From Rhodobiaceae bacterium (GTDB taxonomy: Bacteria; Pseudomonadota; Alphaproteobacteria; RS24), in NCBI GenBank assembly GCA_018673175.1, contig JABHDF010000034.1:7931-71930 (forward strand): 64,000 nt of DNA, written 5' to 3'. Made by a program: the position numbers and the translations under genes. Positions 1 to 9,920 of the stretch are shown piece after piece; within the stretch, counting starts at the first letter, position 1; each line of letters starts with the position of its first letter. Below the pieces are notes generated by a model that saw only the letters and a list, made by a program, of their open reading frames with translations, did no database searches and was not told the DNA's origin.

Positions 1-1795
1 GGCTGGCAGGCACCGCGTGCCCAAAACTTTCCAAACGGGTTTTTTCCAGCTCCAGCAAATTACGCGTCGCACGAAACTCTTCCACCGTGGTGATGAGCGG
101 GAACATAATTGACAATTTACGACCCGCCGCAGCGCGCAAAAGCGCGCGCATTTGCACCCGCACAAGCCCCGGGCGATCCAGCGCCATGCGAGTTGCGCGC
201 CAGCCCATGGCTGGGTTTTCTTCGACGCTGGTGCGCAAATAAGGCAGCACTTTATCGCCGCCGACATCCAATGTGCGAAACACCACATCGCGCTCGCCGA
301 CACTGTCGAGCACCTCGCGGTACATAACTTCTTGCTCATTAGCGCGCGGCATGGTGGCCGATACCATGAACTGCAATTCGGTGCGGAACAGGCCAATATT
401 CTCGGCGCCGCTATCGCTTAAGCTTTCAACATCCACCATCAGGCCGGCATTTTTATCGAGCTGGATTTGCACGCCATCTTTGGTTTCGGCTGGCAAATGT
501 TTAATCCGCGCATAGCGTTGCATCCGCCGCGCTCGCAAGCGGGCCCGATTGGAATAGGCCTCGACAATGTCACTGGCCGGATTGAGGTGAACCTCATTTT
601 GATCGACATCGACAATAATCTCTTGGCCATCGCGCGCGACATCGACAATGCCGCGCACATCGCCCAACATCGGAATGTTTAGCGCCCGCGCCACAATCGA
701 AACATGCGCGCCCAAAGCGCCATCTTCCAACACCAGCCCGCGCAATTTGCGCCGATCGTAATCGAGCAATTCAGCCGGCCCCATGGTGCGCGCCAAAAGA
801 ATGGCATCGCGCGGCAATTTATCTTCCGAAGCCAATTGCGCGCGCCCCGATAGGATGCGCAGCAAGCGGTTCGACAAGTCTTCAAAATCATGCAGGCGTT
901 CGCGCAAATAAGCATCGCGCTGGCCACCGAGGCGCGCGCGCATACCATTGTTAACCCGCTCTACCGCCGCTTCTGCCGTCAGGCCCGTTTGCACAGCTGT
1001 ATGAATACGGCGCAGCCAGCCCCGGTCATTGGCAAACATCCGATAGGCTTCCAGCACCGCCATATGCTCGCCATCATGGCTCACATCATCTTTGTCCAGC
1101 ATCTGGTCGACATTGCGGCGCAATTGATAGACCGCAGCCTCCAATCGTTTGGCTTCCTCTTCAGGGTCATCGCTGATGAGTTTGGTAACTTCCACCCGCG
1201 GCTCATGCAACACCACGTGCCCCATGGCCAGCCCCTCGGTGAGCCCACGACCGGCAAACACACGTGACAGATTTTGCGACGTCTCTTCTTGAGCCCTCTC
1301 TTGGCCCAACGCCGATAACATTTCAGACAACACCATCGCCACGGTCTGAAGCGCCTCAACCTCGGCACTTAAAAAATCACGCTGCGTGCTGTTTTGCACT
1401 ACCAGGACACCGCGCACATCGCCGCGGCGTAAAATCGGCACACCGACGAAAGATTTATACGGATCCTCGCCCGTCTCTGGCCGATAGGCAAAGCGGGGGT
1501 GAGCTGTCGCATCGGCTAAATTAAGCGGGCGCTTATGCTGCGCGATATCGCCCACGAGGCCTTCGCCGACATGCAATATGGTTTTGCTGACGGCGTCTTG
1601 GTTCAAGCCTTCAGTGGCCGATAAGACAAATGTATTCACGCCACGGCTTAGATAAACCGAACACACGGCGGCGTTCATGCTGGTGGCAATAAGGGCAACG
1701 ATTTTATCGAGGCGAGCTTGATCGTCGTCGCTGCCTGCCATGAGCTGGCGCAAGCGACGCAACAATAATCTGGGTCCTTCACTCGATAGAGGCAT
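1..1795 (-). CDS. ptsP: GAF-domain phosphoenolpyruvate-protein phosphotransferase (EI-Ntr), 3' end outside window
   Basis: Not in the ORF track (no stop in window). Manual translation from ATG at 1795 gives MPLSSEGPRLLLRRLRQLMA...VGEGLVG (GAF)...GAHVSIVARAL (phospho-His)...IGLFRTELQFM; it lies downstream of lysC as is usual in Alphaproteobacteria. Confidence 0.93.
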   Translation of the reverse strand, partial: MPLSSEGPRLLLRRLRQLMAGSDDDQARLDKIVALIATSMNAAVCSVYLSRGVNTFVLSATEGLNQDAVSKTILHVGEGLVGDIAQHKRPLNLADATAHPRFAYRPETGEDPYKSFVGVPILRRGDVRGVLVVQNSTQRDFLSAEVEALQTVAMVLSEMLSALGQERAQEETSQNLSRVFAGRGLTEGLAMGHVVLHEPRVEVTKLISDDPEEEAKRLEAAVYQLRRNVDQMLDKDDVSHDGEHMAVLEAYRMFANDRGWLRRIHTAVQTGLTAEAAVERVNNGMRARLGGQRDAYLRERLHDFEDLSNRLLRILSGRAQLASEDKLPRDAILLARTMGPAELLDYDRRKLRGLVLEDGALGAHVSIVARALNIPMLGDVRGIVDVARDGQEIIVDVDQNEVHLNPASDIVEAYSNRARLRARRMQRYARIKHLPAETKDGVQIQLDKNAGLMVDVESLSDSGAENIGLFRTELQFMVSATMPRANEQEVMYREVLDSVGERDVVFRTLDVGGDKVLPYLRTSVEENPAMGWRATRMALDRPGLVRVQMRALLRAAAGRKLSIMFPLITTVEEFRATRNLLELEKTRLESFGHAVPAS

Positions 1796-1835
1796 AGGGT
1801 TGCCCTCTCGTTTAGCGCGCGAAAAAGCGGGCTAG

Positions 1836-3092
1836 TTAACCAGCCAGCTCGTCATCAAGACCATAGGCGGCATGCAGAGCCCGAACGGCCAGCTCCACAT
1901 AATCGACATCAATCAACACCGAGACTTTAATCTCCGAAGTAGAAATGACGTGAATGTTAATGCCTTTTTCCGCCAGCACTTGGAACATTTTTTGGGCAAC
2001 CCCAGCATGGCTTCGCATGCCCACGCCGACGATAGAAATTTTCGCCATATCGGGCGCCGCTTGCAAATCAGCAAACGTCAAATCCGCGGTCGCGCCTTTG
2101 AGAACCCCCAAGGTGCGTTCCAATTCATCTTGCGAAACGGTGAACGTCACATCCGTGGTTTTGCCATCGGCCGACATATTTTGCACAATCATATCGACGT
2201 TGACGGCGGCATCGGCCAGCGGGCCAAAAATGCTCGCGGCAATGCCAGGCCGGTCGGCCACTTCGCGCAGAGTTACTTTGGCTTCATTGCGGGCATAGGC
2301 AATGCCACTAACAATCTCGGTTTCCATAATCTCATCCTCATCGCAAATCAATGTGCCGACAATATCGTTTCCGTTGGCACTTGCCTCTGGCGCATCGAAA
2401 CTCGAGCGCACTTGCAAGCGCACATTATGTGCCATGGCCAGCTCTACCGAGCGGGTCTGTAACACTTTGGCACCTAGCGACGCCATTTCAAGCATTTCTT
2501 CGTATGACACACGGTCCATTTTCTTGGCCGCTGGCACCATACGCGGGTCGGTGGTGTAAACCCCATCGACGTCGGTATAAATATCGCATCGGTCGGCGTT
2601 TAAGGCAGCGGCAATGGCCACCGCGCTCGTGTCAGAGCCACCGCGCCCTAAAGTGGTAATGCGATTGGCGCTAGAAACACCTTGAAAACCAGCGATAACC
2701 GCCACGCGGCCTTGGCCAAATTGGGCTTCCATTTCTTCTGGCTCAATCGCCTCAATGCGAGCGGCACCATGTACATCAGAGGTTTGCACGCTAATTTGCC
2801 AGCCGAGCCAGCTTCGCGCGGCCACGCCAATATCTTGCAAGGCCATAGCCAATAGACCAACACTGATTTGTTCGCCGGCTGAGACCACGACATCATATTC
2901 GCGCGCGTCATGCAGGCGTGCGACATCGCGTGCCAAACCAACCAATCGATTGGTTTCCCCAGACATGGCCGACACAACGACCGCAACCTGATGACCCGCA
3001 TCCACCTCACGTTTGACATGGGCGGCCACATTGCGGATGCGATCTACATCGCCCACAGAAGTGCCGCCAAATTTCATTACAATACGGGCCAT
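1836..3092 (-). CDS. lysC: aspartate kinase
   Basis: MKFGGTSVG, VVVSAM, TTLGRGGSDTSA, IYTDVDGVYTTDPR, two C-terminal ACT domains; start trimmed to MARIV. Confidence 0.97.
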   Translation of the reverse strand: MARIVMKFGGTSVGDVDRIRNVAAHVKREVDAGHQVAVVVSAMSGETNRLVGLARDVARLHDAREYDVVVSAGEQISVGLLAMALQDIGVAARSWLGWQISVQTSDVHGAARIEAIEPEEMEAQFGQGRVAVIAGFQGVSSANRITTLGRGGSDTSAVAIAAALNADRCDIYTDVDGVYTTDPRMVPAAKKMDRVSYEEMLEMASLGAKVLQTRSVELAMAHNVRLQVRSSFDAPEASANGNDIVGTLICDEDEIMETEIVSGIAYARNEAKVTLREVADRPGIAASIFGPLADAAVNVDMIVQNMSADGKTTDVTFTVSQDELERTLGVLKGATADLTFADLQAAPDMAKISIVGVGMRSHAGVAQKMFQVLAEKGINIHVISTSEIKVSVLIDVDYVELAVRALHAAYGLDDELAG

Positions 3093-3218
3093 AATTGGTT
3101 TTCGCATTTCCTTTCGCCTCAATCGCGCTTATATAAGGCTTAACGCGCAAGCTGCATAGTTAAAAGTAGAAGCAAGCCGAGCGCGCCCCATGGTGAACCA
3201 CACAGGAGCTTGGCGAAA

Positions 3219-3977
3219 ATGAACGATACACAAACCGGACAAGTTACCATTGACCCCCAGGAAGTGGCCAAGTTCACGGCCATGGCCGAAGACTGGTGGA
3301 ACCCCCATGGCAAGTTCAAGCCTTTGCACAAATTCAATCCCGTGCGGCTGGCTTATATTCGCGATAAATTATGCAAACAATTCGACCGCGATCCAAAATC
3401 CGAACAACCACTCAAAGGCCTACGCCTGCTTGATATCGGTTGCGGTGGCGGCCTTTTAAGCGAGCCTATGGCGCGTTTGGGCGCCGAGGTCTTGGGCGCC
3501 GATGCGGCCGAAGCCAATATTAAAACCGCCAGTTTGCATGCCGAAAGTCAGGGCCTTGAGATCGACTATCGCGCCATTACGGCCGAGCAATTAAATGCGG
3601 CTGGCGAGACATTTGATGCAATTTTAAACATGGAAGTCATCGAACATGTCGCCGATCCGCAGGCCTTTGTCAGCGCTTGTGCGGGCATGTTGAAACCCGA
3701 AGGCATTATGTTTTTGGCAACCCTGAACCGCACGCTGAAGGCCTATGCTTTAGCTATTTTTGGCGCCGAATATGTCTTGCGCTGGTTACCGCGCGGCACC
3801 CATGATTGGCATAAGTTCATCACCCCCAACGAGATGGAAGCTATGGCCACCAAGGCCGAGCTAGAGCTTGTCACGTCAACCGGCGTGAGCTTTAATCCGC
3901 TGACCGATAAATGGACGCAAACCGGAGATATGTCGGTCAATTATATGGCCGTGGCCGCGCCCCTAAAGGCAACCTAA
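3219..3977 (+). CDS. ubiG: ubiquinone biosynthesis O-methyltransferase
   Basis: [45 protein letters not shown]; GGAG upstream of ATG 3219. Confidence 0.96.
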   Translation: MNDTQTGQVTIDPQEVAKFTAMAEDWWNPHGKFKPLHKFNPVRLAYIRDKLCKQFDRDPKSEQPLKGLRLLDIGCGGGLLSEPMARLGAEVLGADAAEANIKTASLHAESQGLEIDYRAITAEQLNAAGETFDAILNMEVIEHVADPQAFVSACAGMLKPEGIMFLATLNRTLKAYALAIFGAEYVLRWLPRGTHDWHKFITPNEMEAMATKAELELVTSTGVSFNPLTDKWTQTGDMSVNYMAVAAPLKAT

Positions 3978-3995
3978 AAACAATAAGGAGCCCCC

Positions 3996-4463
3996 ATGCA
4001 ACAGCGTGTCAGCCTAAATACCCTGGGCGTCAAAAGCCTAGCCCGCGCCCGCCAGTTTTATGATGCGCTGGGCTGGCAAGTCTCCAATGAAGACCAAGCC
4101 GAAGAAATTGTCGCCTATGATTTGCCGCATATGACGCTGTGCCTTTACCCGCTCGAAAACCTAGCCGCCGATACCGGACTGGCCTTAGCCGACACCCAGA
4201 CACAGACACAGACCCACACACAGACACAGTGCCCGCGCTTTGCGCTGGCGTATAATGTAGAAACCGTTGACCAAGTAGCCGCCCTGTTAGAGCAAGCCGT
4301 GGCTTGCGGCGGGCGTCTGATAAAGCCAGCCGAGGCTGCGTTTTGGGGCGGCACCTCTGGCTATTTCACCGACCCAGATGGCACCTTATGGGAAGTGGCC
4401 CATAATCCGCATGCGCCGCTCAGCGCAACGGGCAGCTTCCAATGGAACGGCGCAAAAAACTAA
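3996..4463 (+). CDS. VOC/glyoxalase family protein
   Basis: TLGV..L.RARQFY.ALGW and FWGG.SGYF.DPDG.LWEVAHNP; AAGGAG RBS. Confidence 0.88.
   Translation: MQQRVSLNTLGVKSLARARQFYDALGWQVSNEDQAEEIVAYDLPHMTLCLYPLENLAADTGLALADTQTQTQTHTQTQCPRFALAYNVETVDQVAALLEQAVACGGRLIKPAEAAFWGGTSGYFTDPDGTLWEVAHNPHAPLSATGSFQWNGAKN
4194..4229 (+). repeat. in-frame hexamer tandem repeat (ACMCAS)x6 encoding TQTQTQTHTQTQ
   Basis: acccag acacag acacag acccac acacag acacag read directly. Confidence 0.9.
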
Positions 4464-5312
4464 TCAGTCAGTGACCTCGCGCCCGTCCGGCCCGACGAAA
4501 GTCTGGCCATGGGTGAGCGCTGGAATTTGCCCCCGCGCTTTGGCCACCAAAGATAAATCCAACTCCGCGAGGATGAAATCATCCGTGTCATCGGCTTGCG
4601 CCAAAACCGTTCCCCAAGGGTCGACAATCAAACTATGACCATAGGTCTCGCGGCCATTTTCATGCGTGCCAACTTGCGCAGGGGCAATCACAAAGCACCC
4701 TGTTTCAATCGCGCGGGCGCGCAATAGCACCTGCCAATGCGCCTCGCCCGTGGGGCGCGTAAAAGCAGAGGGCACGCTAATAATATCGGCCCCCGCTTGC
4801 GCCAAGTGTCGATATAACGCGGCAAAGCGCAGATCATAACAAATGCTCAAGCCAAGTTTGGCTGGGCCCACATCCGCCACCACAGCCCGACTGCCCGCCT
4901 GATAATTATGGCTTTCCGCATGGGTTTCGCCGCTGGCTAGGGTGACATCAAACATATGAATTTTATCATAGTGCGCCACAATCTCGCCTTGCGGGTTGAT
5001 ATAAAGCGAGCGGTTCACGGCCCTTTCGGCATCGCCTTTTTGCGTATCATTTGCCAGCACCATAGAGCCGATGAGCAGGTGAATGCCAAGCTCTTTGGCC
5101 AGGCCACATAAGACGTGTAACGACGCGCTTTCGGCCTCGGGCTGCAAGCGCGCCCGCATGGCTTTGCGGTTTTTTTCCATGGAGATGCAGGTTTCGGGCA
5201 AACTTACGAGCTCCGCCCCAGCGGCCGCCGCGGCGCGGGTGCGCGCGTCTATCTCGCGTAAATTATCTGCCGGGTCACAGGCACTGGTCATTTGCACACA
5301 TGCCACTTTCAT
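4464..5312 (-). CDS. carbon-nitrogen hydrolase (Nit1-like amidase)
   Basis: Glu-Lys-Cys triad motifs LPE, YDKIHMFDV, ICYDLRF; LRARAIE; YGHSLIVDPWG. Confidence 0.92.
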   Translation of the reverse strand: MKVACVQMTSACDPADNLREIDARTRAAAAAGAELVSLPETCISMEKNRKAMRARLQPEAESASLHVLCGLAKELGIHLLIGSMVLANDTQKGDAERAVNRSLYINPQGEIVAHYDKIHMFDVTLASGETHAESHNYQAGSRAVVADVGPAKLGLSICYDLRFAALYRHLAQAGADIISVPSAFTRPTGEAHWQVLLRARAIETGCFVIAPAQVGTHENGRETYGHSLIVDPWGTVLAQADDTDDFILAELDLSLVAKARGQIPALTHGQTFVGPDGREVTD

Positions 5313-5352
5313 ACCCAGACCCTCTTCTTGCGTTTACCCACGCCCACGCATT

Positions 5353-6144
5353 TTACGATGCGCGCATTTGCTCTGGCCGCACCACGCGCGCCAGCGTTAA
5401 CACATATATGCGCCCTGCCCCCGCTTGGCGCAAGGTTTCACTCATCGCCTCGACGGTGGCCCCCGTGGTTAAAACATCATCGACCAACACCAGACTGCGG
5501 CCTTGAATGCGGTCTTTCATCGATTTGGGCACGGTAAAGGCCCCCTTCAGATTGCGCTTTCGGTTGCGCCGGGTCAGGCCAATTTGCGGGCGCGTGGCTT
5601 TCACCCGCTGCACGGCTTGGAAGACAATTTCATTGCCCGTTTCGCGCGCCATCGCGCGGCACAGTTCAGCCGCTTGGTTAAACCGGCGTCCCAACAAGCG
5701 TCGGCGATGCAAAGGCACGGGCACTAAAAGCGCATTGGCGCGCAACACATCTTGCCCGGCTCGTACCATAAAGGGCGCCAGTAAACGTGCCAATTCAGGG
5801 CGGTCGCTAAATTTTAAACGCTTCACGAAGGCTGCCGCGCTGCCCTCATAGCGAAACGCCGCGCGGGCTTTTTCATAGGGCGGCGGGTTTTTTTGCATCG
5901 CGAGGCTAACCGTCTCGGGGCCAAGATCGACATCCAGCGGGGCGCCGCTGATTTGGCAAATTGGCGCCGTGATGAAATGCAGGTCTTGCCAACACGGTGC
6001 GCATAATCCGTCGTCGCCGGCCAAAACCCCTTTGCATAAAGGGCAAGCTGGCGGCACCAACACACGCAACGTGACATCGAGGGTTTTCTTCACAGGGCTA
6101 AGAATGGCGTTGCGAACGAAGTTTATTTTTGTTTTTAAGGTCAT
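5353..6144 (-). CDS. comF: ComF family protein (double zinc ribbon plus PRTase)
   Basis: CPLC...CAPCW, VPVPLH..R...R.FNQA, LVDDVLTTGAT; start approximate because the ORF-track extension overlaps the divergent gene. Confidence 0.88.
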   Translation of the reverse strand: MTLKTKINFVRNAILSPVKKTLDVTLRVLVPPACPLCKGVLAGDDGLCAPCWQDLHFITAPICQISGAPLDVDLGPETVSLAMQKNPPPYEKARAAFRYEGSAAAFVKRLKFSDRPELARLLAPFMVRAGQDVLRANALLVPVPLHRRRLLGRRFNQAAELCRAMARETGNEIVFQAVQRVKATRPQIGLTRRNRKRNLKGAFTVPKSMKDRIQGRSLVLVDDVLTTGATVEAMSETLRQAGAGRIYVLTLARVVRPEQMRAS

Positions 6145-6163
6145 AAATGCCATATTGCCTAAA

Positions 6164-7081
6164 ATGAGTGCCAATGTCCCAAATATTTTTGATCGCGCTG
6201 CCCTTCGGCGCAACCGAACCCGTGCCGCCGCCCAGCTGCATGAGTTTGACTTCCTATTGCAGCGCGCCGCCGAAGATTTGCTCGACCGCATTAAAGTGCA
6301 AAACCGCAAGTTCGAAACCGCCCTCTGCCTTGGCGCCTCGAACGGATATTTGGGCACCAAGCTAAAAGCCGAGGGGCTCATCGGCTCCCATAGCACGGCG
6401 CAAATAAACACTTGGATTGAGGCCGATATCACCGCCGCCATGTTGCCCGAGGGCGGCCTGGTGCTGGACGAAGAACACCTGCCGATAAAACCGCAAAGTG
6501 TCGATCTCATCGTCTCGTTTTGGGGGCTGCATCATGTCAATGATTTGCCGGGCGCCTTGGTGCAAATCTGTCGGGCGCTCAAACCCGATGGCGTGTTTCT
6601 GGCGGCTTTGCCAGGCAATGAAAATTTACGAGCGCTGCAAACGGCTTTTCTAGAAAGCCAAACAAAAATTTTAGGCGGCGTGCGCCCACATATTCACCCT
6701 TTCGCAGATTTGCGAGATTTGGCTGGCCTGATGCAACGCGCGGGCTTTGACTTGCCCGTGGCCGATAGCGATATTTTGCGCGTGCGCTACGCACAGCCAA
6801 TGTCAGTGTTCCGCGATTTGCGGGGTATGGGCGAAAGCAATGTTTTGACGACCCGCACCAAATCAGCCTTGCGCCGCGATGTCTTGCAAGAGGCGCTTGC
6901 CCGCTTTCATGAGACCACCCAAGATAACGGCAAGGCCGTGGCCGAATTTGAAATTTGTTATCTGGCTGGGGTTTCGCCTCTCTCCGCCCATTCGAAAAAA
7001 CACGAACCCGGGGAGCCGATTACCCGTTTCGACGAACGCCCCATTACGGGCGATGCGACCCCAAACAAAGCTTCGACTTAA
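6164..7081 (+). CDS. SAM-dependent methyltransferase (BioC/NDUFAF5-like)
   Basis: IFDR...R.R.RA, LHHVNDLPGAL.Q...LKPDG, DL.GLMQRAGF.LPVAD, DLRGMGESN. Confidence 0.85.
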   Translation: MSANVPNIFDRAALRRNRTRAAAQLHEFDFLLQRAAEDLLDRIKVQNRKFETALCLGASNGYLGTKLKAEGLIGSHSTAQINTWIEADITAAMLPEGGLVLDEEHLPIKPQSVDLIVSFWGLHHVNDLPGALVQICRALKPDGVFLAALPGNENLRALQTAFLESQTKILGGVRPHIHPFADLRDLAGLMQRAGFDLPVADSDILRVRYAQPMSVFRDLRGMGESNVLTTRTKSALRRDVLQEALARFHETTQDNGKAVAEFEICYLAGVSPLSAHSKKHEPGEPITRFDERPITGDATPNKAST

Positions 7082-7090
7082 GGGCGGTTT

Positions 7091-7504
7091 TTATATCGCA
7101 TCTCGAAGCGCCGCGATCAGCGGCACATCGGCCGGCACCATGGCCATGTCGAACAGCTCGCGGGGTTTTTTCCACGCCACCGCCTGGCCTTCGCGCGGCA
7201 TTATTTGGCCGTCCCATTTGCGGCACACATAAAGCGGCATCAGCAAATGAAACCCCTCATAGGCATGACTGGCAAAGCTCAACGGCGCCAAACACGCCGC
7301 CGTCACATCGATGGATAACTCTTCTTTCAGCTCTCGAATGAGCGCCATTTCTGGCGTTTCGCTGGGCTCTATTTTGCCGCCCGGAAACTCCCACAGCCCC
7401 GCCATAGATTTTCCCGCAGGGAGCTGAGCCACCAACACACGGCCATCTTTATCTACCAGCGCACAGGCGACGACCAACAACATATCAGCTTCGGTAATCG
7501 GCAT
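7091..7504 (-). CDS. mutT: 8-oxo-dGTP diphosphatase (Nudix)
   Basis: GLWEFPGGKIEPSETPE.ALIRELKEEL Nudix box, FASHAY..FHLLMPLY; follows argJ. Confidence 0.9.
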   Translation of the reverse strand: MPITEADMLLVVACALVDKDGRVLVAQLPAGKSMAGLWEFPGGKIEPSETPEMALIRELKEELSIDVTAACLAPLSFASHAYEGFHLLMPLYVCRKWDGQIMPREGQAVAWKKPRELFDMAMVPADVPLIAALRDAI

Positions 7505-8756
7505 TGATATCAATATAGCCATGCGTTAAATCGCTGGCCCAAATGCGGGCTTGGCCCTTGGCTTTTTTCTTTGCCTCAAGTTGCACCCCCACATCGACGC
7601 GGATATTCACGTGGCGCCCCCGCATATGTTTGGCCACGGGGCGCTCGTCATAGCCCGCTACGGCGCGCCCTTTTCGGGCCACTTGAACGCCGCCAATGTC
7701 GATGGATAGGCGGTCGCGTTCGGCCGCTTCGCCAGATTTGCCAATGGCCATGACTATGCGGCCCCAATTGGCATCTTCTCCGGCTACGGCAGTTTTTACC
7801 AAAGGCGAATTGCCAATGGCCAAACCAATTTGGCGCGCCGCCGCATCAGTCTCGGCGCCTGTGACGTCAATGGTCATCAACTTGGAAACCCCCTCGCCGT
7901 CGCTGGCCACTTGCACGGCCAAGTCTTGCATTAAATCGGTAAGGGCCCCACGCAAAGGGGCAAGCCGCTTGTCTTCGAGCGAGCGCAAAGGCGCGCCATC
8001 TAATTTTTTATCGCCGGTGGCAAACATCAAACAAGTGTCAGACGTCGACGTATCGCCATCCACGGTCACGCAATTCAGGCTTTTGGTATTGGCCTCGGAT
8101 AATAATTTTTGCAAGAGCCCCGCAGGCACGCCCGCATCGGTGAAAACAAACGCCAATAGGGTCGCCATATCGGGCGCAATCATGCCCGAGCCTTTGGCGA
8201 TGGCGTTGAGCGTAATCTGGTGCTTGCCAAATTTAACTTGGCGCGTCGCCACTTTGGGAAACGTGTCGGTGGTCATAATGGCGCGCGCCATATCTAGCCA
8301 GTCGCTCTCGCCACGGCTGGCTTTTAAGGCCGCCAATAACGGGGCGGGGTCCAGGTCTTCGCCAATAACGCCAGTAGACGCAATAAACACATCGGTTGGT
8401 TTGCAGTCCAATAATTTGGCCGCGCCCTTGGCCGTATCGAGCGCAGCCTTGGCGCCCGCCTTGCCGGTAAACGCATTGGCATTGCCCGCATTGACCACCA
8501 AAGCCCGCGCCTTGCCGCCCACCAAATGGGCGCGCGATAAATCGACCGCCGCGGAAGGCATTTTCGAGCTGGTGAAAACCCCGGCAGCTTGCGTAAGTTT
8601 AGAGAACCGCAGCAAAACCAAATCATCGCGCCCGCGATACCGCGAACCGCTGGCCATGGCCTGCACCTCAATGCCCGCAATCGCCGGAAGCTTGGCAAAT
8701 TTCTTCGGCGCCAGAGGCGATATCGGCATTGGCGAAGTGGTTTTCTTAGAGGTCAT
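7485..8756 (-). CDS. argJ: bifunctional ornithine acetyltransferase / N-acetylglutamate synthase
   Basis: NAGNANAFTG, ASTGVIG, IMTTDT, KGSGMIAPDMATLL, DGDTSTSDT, NWGRI, YIDINADYRS. Confidence 0.97.
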   Translation of the reverse strand: MTSKKTTSPMPISPLAPKKFAKLPAIAGIEVQAMASGSRYRGRDDLVLLRFSKLTQAAGVFTSSKMPSAAVDLSRAHLVGGKARALVVNAGNANAFTGKAGAKAALDTAKGAAKLLDCKPTDVFIASTGVIGEDLDPAPLLAALKASRGESDWLDMARAIMTTDTFPKVATRQVKFGKHQITLNAIAKGSGMIAPDMATLLAFVFTDAGVPAGLLQKLLSEANTKSLNCVTVDGDTSTSDTCLMFATGDKKLDGAPLRSLEDKRLAPLRGALTDLMQDLAVQVASDGEGVSKLMTIDVTGAETDAAARQIGLAIGNSPLVKTAVAGEDANWGRIVMAIGKSGEAAERDRLSIDIGGVQVARKGRAVAGYDERPVAKHMRGRHVNIRVDVGVQLEAKKKAKGQARIWASDLTHGYIDINADYRS

Positions 8757-8800
8757 TTTCGTTCCTCGAACTTTCAAGTGGCTGTCGGATAGCTGTCCAA

Positions 8801-9634
8801 TTATTCGGAGACAGGCGCGACATTGATAAATTTCACGTCTGCTTTTTCCCGCATGTCTTCATAAATCTCGCGGCGCGCTTCGCTGATGAGCAACTGATAA
8901 ATCTGTCCGCGTACTTGCTCTAGCTCTGGCGTCGGCTTGGCGCGTTTGTCTTCTAGCTTAATGATGTGCCAGCCGAATTGGGTTTTAACGGGCTGGGAAA
9001 TACCGCCTTTTTTCAGCTTAAATGCCGCTTGGGAAAATTCTTCCACCATCGAGTCGCGGCCAAAATACCCAAGATCGCCGCCACTGGCACCGCTTGGGCC
9101 TTTCGAGCGTTCTTTGGCCAATTGAGCAAAATCAGCGCCGCCTTTTAACGAGGCTAAAACCGCATCTGCCATGTCTTTACTATCGAGCAAAATATGGCGC
9201 GCGCGGATCTCTTCTTGGCGCGAGCCTTTGACGATGTTTTTGTCGTAATAGGCTTCAATTTTGGCATCGGTGATTTTTTCGACCAGTTTTTGACTGATGA
9301 AAATATCGTGCAAGTCTTTGCGTCTGGTAAAAGTATGGCGTTGCAAGAAGCTCGGGTCTTTTTCTAGCCCTGCCTTCTTGGCCGCCTCAGACGCTAAAAC
9401 GCGATCCATCACATAGCCAAGCAGAGCTTCGAAACGCTGCTGCTCGTTCATCTGACCGATAACATTCATCAGCTCCCCCTCGGCCATCGCCAAATCTTCA
9501 TAAGTAATAGAAATGCCATTAATCGTGGCGACGGTTCCATTGGGAAGTTTTTGCGCCTGTGCATTCGGGGCTAGCCACAGCAGGCTTGTGAGAACAAAAC
9601 AAAAAACGGGTCGAAGATAAAAATTGGGCAACAT
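8801..9634 (-). CDS. exported parvulin-type peptidyl-prolyl isomerase (PrsA/PpiC family)
   Basis: Signal-peptide-like N-terminus, ARHILL, FAQLAKERS, GGDLGYF, VKTQFGWHIIK; start uncertain (9634 or 9652). Confidence 0.9.
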   Translation of the reverse strand: MLPNFYLRPVFCFVLTSLLWLAPNAQAQKLPNGTVATINGISITYEDLAMAEGELMNVIGQMNEQQRFEALLGYVMDRVLASEAAKKAGLEKDPSFLQRHTFTRRKDLHDIFISQKLVEKITDAKIEAYYDKNIVKGSRQEEIRARHILLDSKDMADAVLASLKGGADFAQLAKERSKGPSGASGGDLGYFGRDSMVEEFSQAAFKLKKGGISQPVKTQFGWHIIKLEDKRAKPTPELEQVRGQIYQLLISEARREIYEDMREKADVKFINVAPVSE

Positions 9635-9757
9635 AAGTTCGGCTTCTTTCATCGGGCTACGCCATACTGGCAATTGCCTAAGCCATACTGGCATTAGGCT
9701 ATTTGAGGTAGCGCCATATTGGCTGGCGTGCGCGCAAGAAACAAGTGCTTTTGAACA

Positions 9758-9805
9758 GCCCAGCCAATAGCCCAGCCAATAGTCCAGTCAATAGTCCAGT
9801 GAATA
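9758..9805. repeat. four degenerate 12-bp tandem units in the divergent PPIase/secA intergenic region
   Basis: gcccagccaata gcccagccaata gtccagtcaata gtccagtgaata. Confidence 0.88.
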
Positions 9806-9848
9806 GGCAAAGGCGCTAAAGGCAGGCGCTAAATAATGCCAAGCCCAA

Positions 9849-9877
9849 TTGACACTGAGCATTGGGTTCCCTACATC
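9849..9877 (+). promoter_or_regulatory. putative sigma70 promoter of secA
   Basis: TTGACA-N17-TACATC, 43 nt before the secA ATG. Confidence 0.55.
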
Positions 9878-9920
9878 AGCTAGAGGCTTTATAGTGAGGC
9901 CATAATTTTTAGGGGTTTTC

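Noticed and set aside
109-1524. Short ORFs listed at the window start
   Set aside because: All lie within or opposite the uninterrupted ptsP frame, which the track omitted because its stop is outside the window.
5969-6510. Apparent long head-to-head overlap of comF and the methyltransferase in the ORF track
   Set aside because: Family motifs begin only at about 6144 and 6164, so the extensions are spurious upstream starts.
8761-8775. GTTC-N7-TTTC near-match to a LexA box upstream of argJ-mutT
   Set aside because: Imperfect and overlapping the RBS, which explains part of the match.
7696-8826. 376-aa ORF antisense to argJ, and similar long antisense ORFs opposite lysC, secA, xerD, cobT and the acyl-CoA dehydrogenases
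   Set aside because: They shadow well-supported genes, have no recognisable motifs, and are expected from codon bias in GC-rich DNA.
9758-9805. Repeat cluster as a CRISPR array
   Set aside because: Units are 12 bp, contiguous and spacer-free, and no cas genes are present.
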